Assembly (NCBI RefSeq): GCF_001194135.2
Contig: NC_068999.1
Coordinates: 7,806,681-7,854,143, forward strand
From: Octopus bimaculoides
Lineage: Eukaryota
Direction of reading: 5' to 3'
DNA length: 47,463 nt
Below the pieces are notes generated by a model. The model saw only the letters and a program-made list of their open reading frames with translations, was not told the DNA's origin and did no database searches. Both the position numbers and the translations under genes were made by a program. Shown here piece by piece: positions 46,360 through 47,463 of the stretch (its first letter is position 1; the number at the start of each line of letters is the position of its first letter).

Positions 46360-47429
46360 AAGGAAAATTTCTCTTTCTATTTAGAAGCTCAAAGTCTGGG
46401 AATACATATTCATTTAATTGTAAAACTGAAACTTCTAAGCACAAACGAAAATAAAGCTAAGTAAAAGAAATATAAAGCAGATATATATATATATATGCAT
46501 AAATGTGTGTATACATCCTGGAGTGTTATCCTTTATATGACGGGTGACATTGGAAGCGTCCCTCATCCATCACAGAGAACGTCCGAAAATATAGCATGCA
46601 TACAATAGTTATAATTTTTTTTCGGGTTTGCGTTTTGCTTCCATGAACCTTCACGTGACTTTGTCGATTGAAGCAAACGCCAGCTACACCACACATACAC
46701 AAGCATATGCGCACACACATATATACAAACAAAAGTACGTATACACACATAAGTAAACACTCACACATCTATGTACGCATATTCGTACATGCATACATAC
46801 ATACACATACACATAAAATTAGTTCTCAGATAAACTCAAAGCAGGCCTTGATGTGTGAGAGCATGTCAATGGCAACAAACGGACTCTGGCAGAGAAAAGA
46901 AACAACCGATTGATTATTCAATCAAAACATTAAACCAATCACTGGAAACTTAGGTGGAAAAATAACGAAGTGGTATTAAAACAATGCGTGTGTGTATTCT
47001 ATCTTTTCCCGGCATAATGACACCACTGAGAAACAACAAGAATTATAATTTACCCTTTATCAAAATTCTTGATGCTTATAGCAATGGTGTAGTGAATAGT
47101 AATATTTGAAAGAAAAAATTGTCAACGTGTGGTGTTTATACTATAGAAATCCGCACTGCCACACTCATTCACCTACATATACACATTTATATATTTAAGC
47201 ATTGCTATTGTGGTTTTACATAATGTTGACTACTCGTTGATGTTAGCTACAATAGGAGGACACGGACGTTTATCTGAAAGGAAAGCGTAGGTTTTTTTAT
47301 TCTTAAATGTATCCAGGTTTTCGTAAACGCAGAATCAGCTGTGATGCTCCATAATCTATTTGCATAATCCTCTAACATAAGGTAGCTGTAAAACGAAGCT
47401 GAGTGCACACACGCACACACACACATACG

Positions 47430-47463
<34 letters not shown>

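Noticed and set aside
47247-47390. Minus-strand LPYVRGL, resembling a Penelope RT linker, and a nearby acceptor
   Set aside because: A seven-residue match followed by stops, at the window edge; insufficient evidence.

Overview
AT-rich eukaryotic, largely non-coding DNA from a gapped short-read assembly. It has 12 N-gaps totalling about 6.3 kb, 11 of them flanked by microsatellites. The repeat families resemble those I associate with Octopus; this assignment is an inference. The window is dominated by microsatellites and about 30 copies or fragments of tRNA-derived SINEs in at least 4 families (called A-D here). It also holds fossil RTE LINEs, several Tc1/mariner/pogo remnants, a probable Helentron-type and a probable Penelope-type insert, and a 3'-truncated Ty3/Gypsy (Mag-like) retrotransposon with an intact 5' LTR and a tRNA-Ser PBS. 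No intact, recognisable host gene is present, and almost all ORF-track entries are microsatellite or gap artefacts. The most notable observations are: a head-to-tail SINE trimer joined at one fixed site in the SINE head; repeated use of the central microsatellite of SINE family A as a landing pad by unrelated elements; a degenerate tRNA-Thr(GGT)-like sequence with encoded CCA; a hammerhead-like motif; and several unverified candidate exons. I found no firm evidence for a novel multi-gene system. All family calls are by eye and from remembered consensus motifs, not from database searches.
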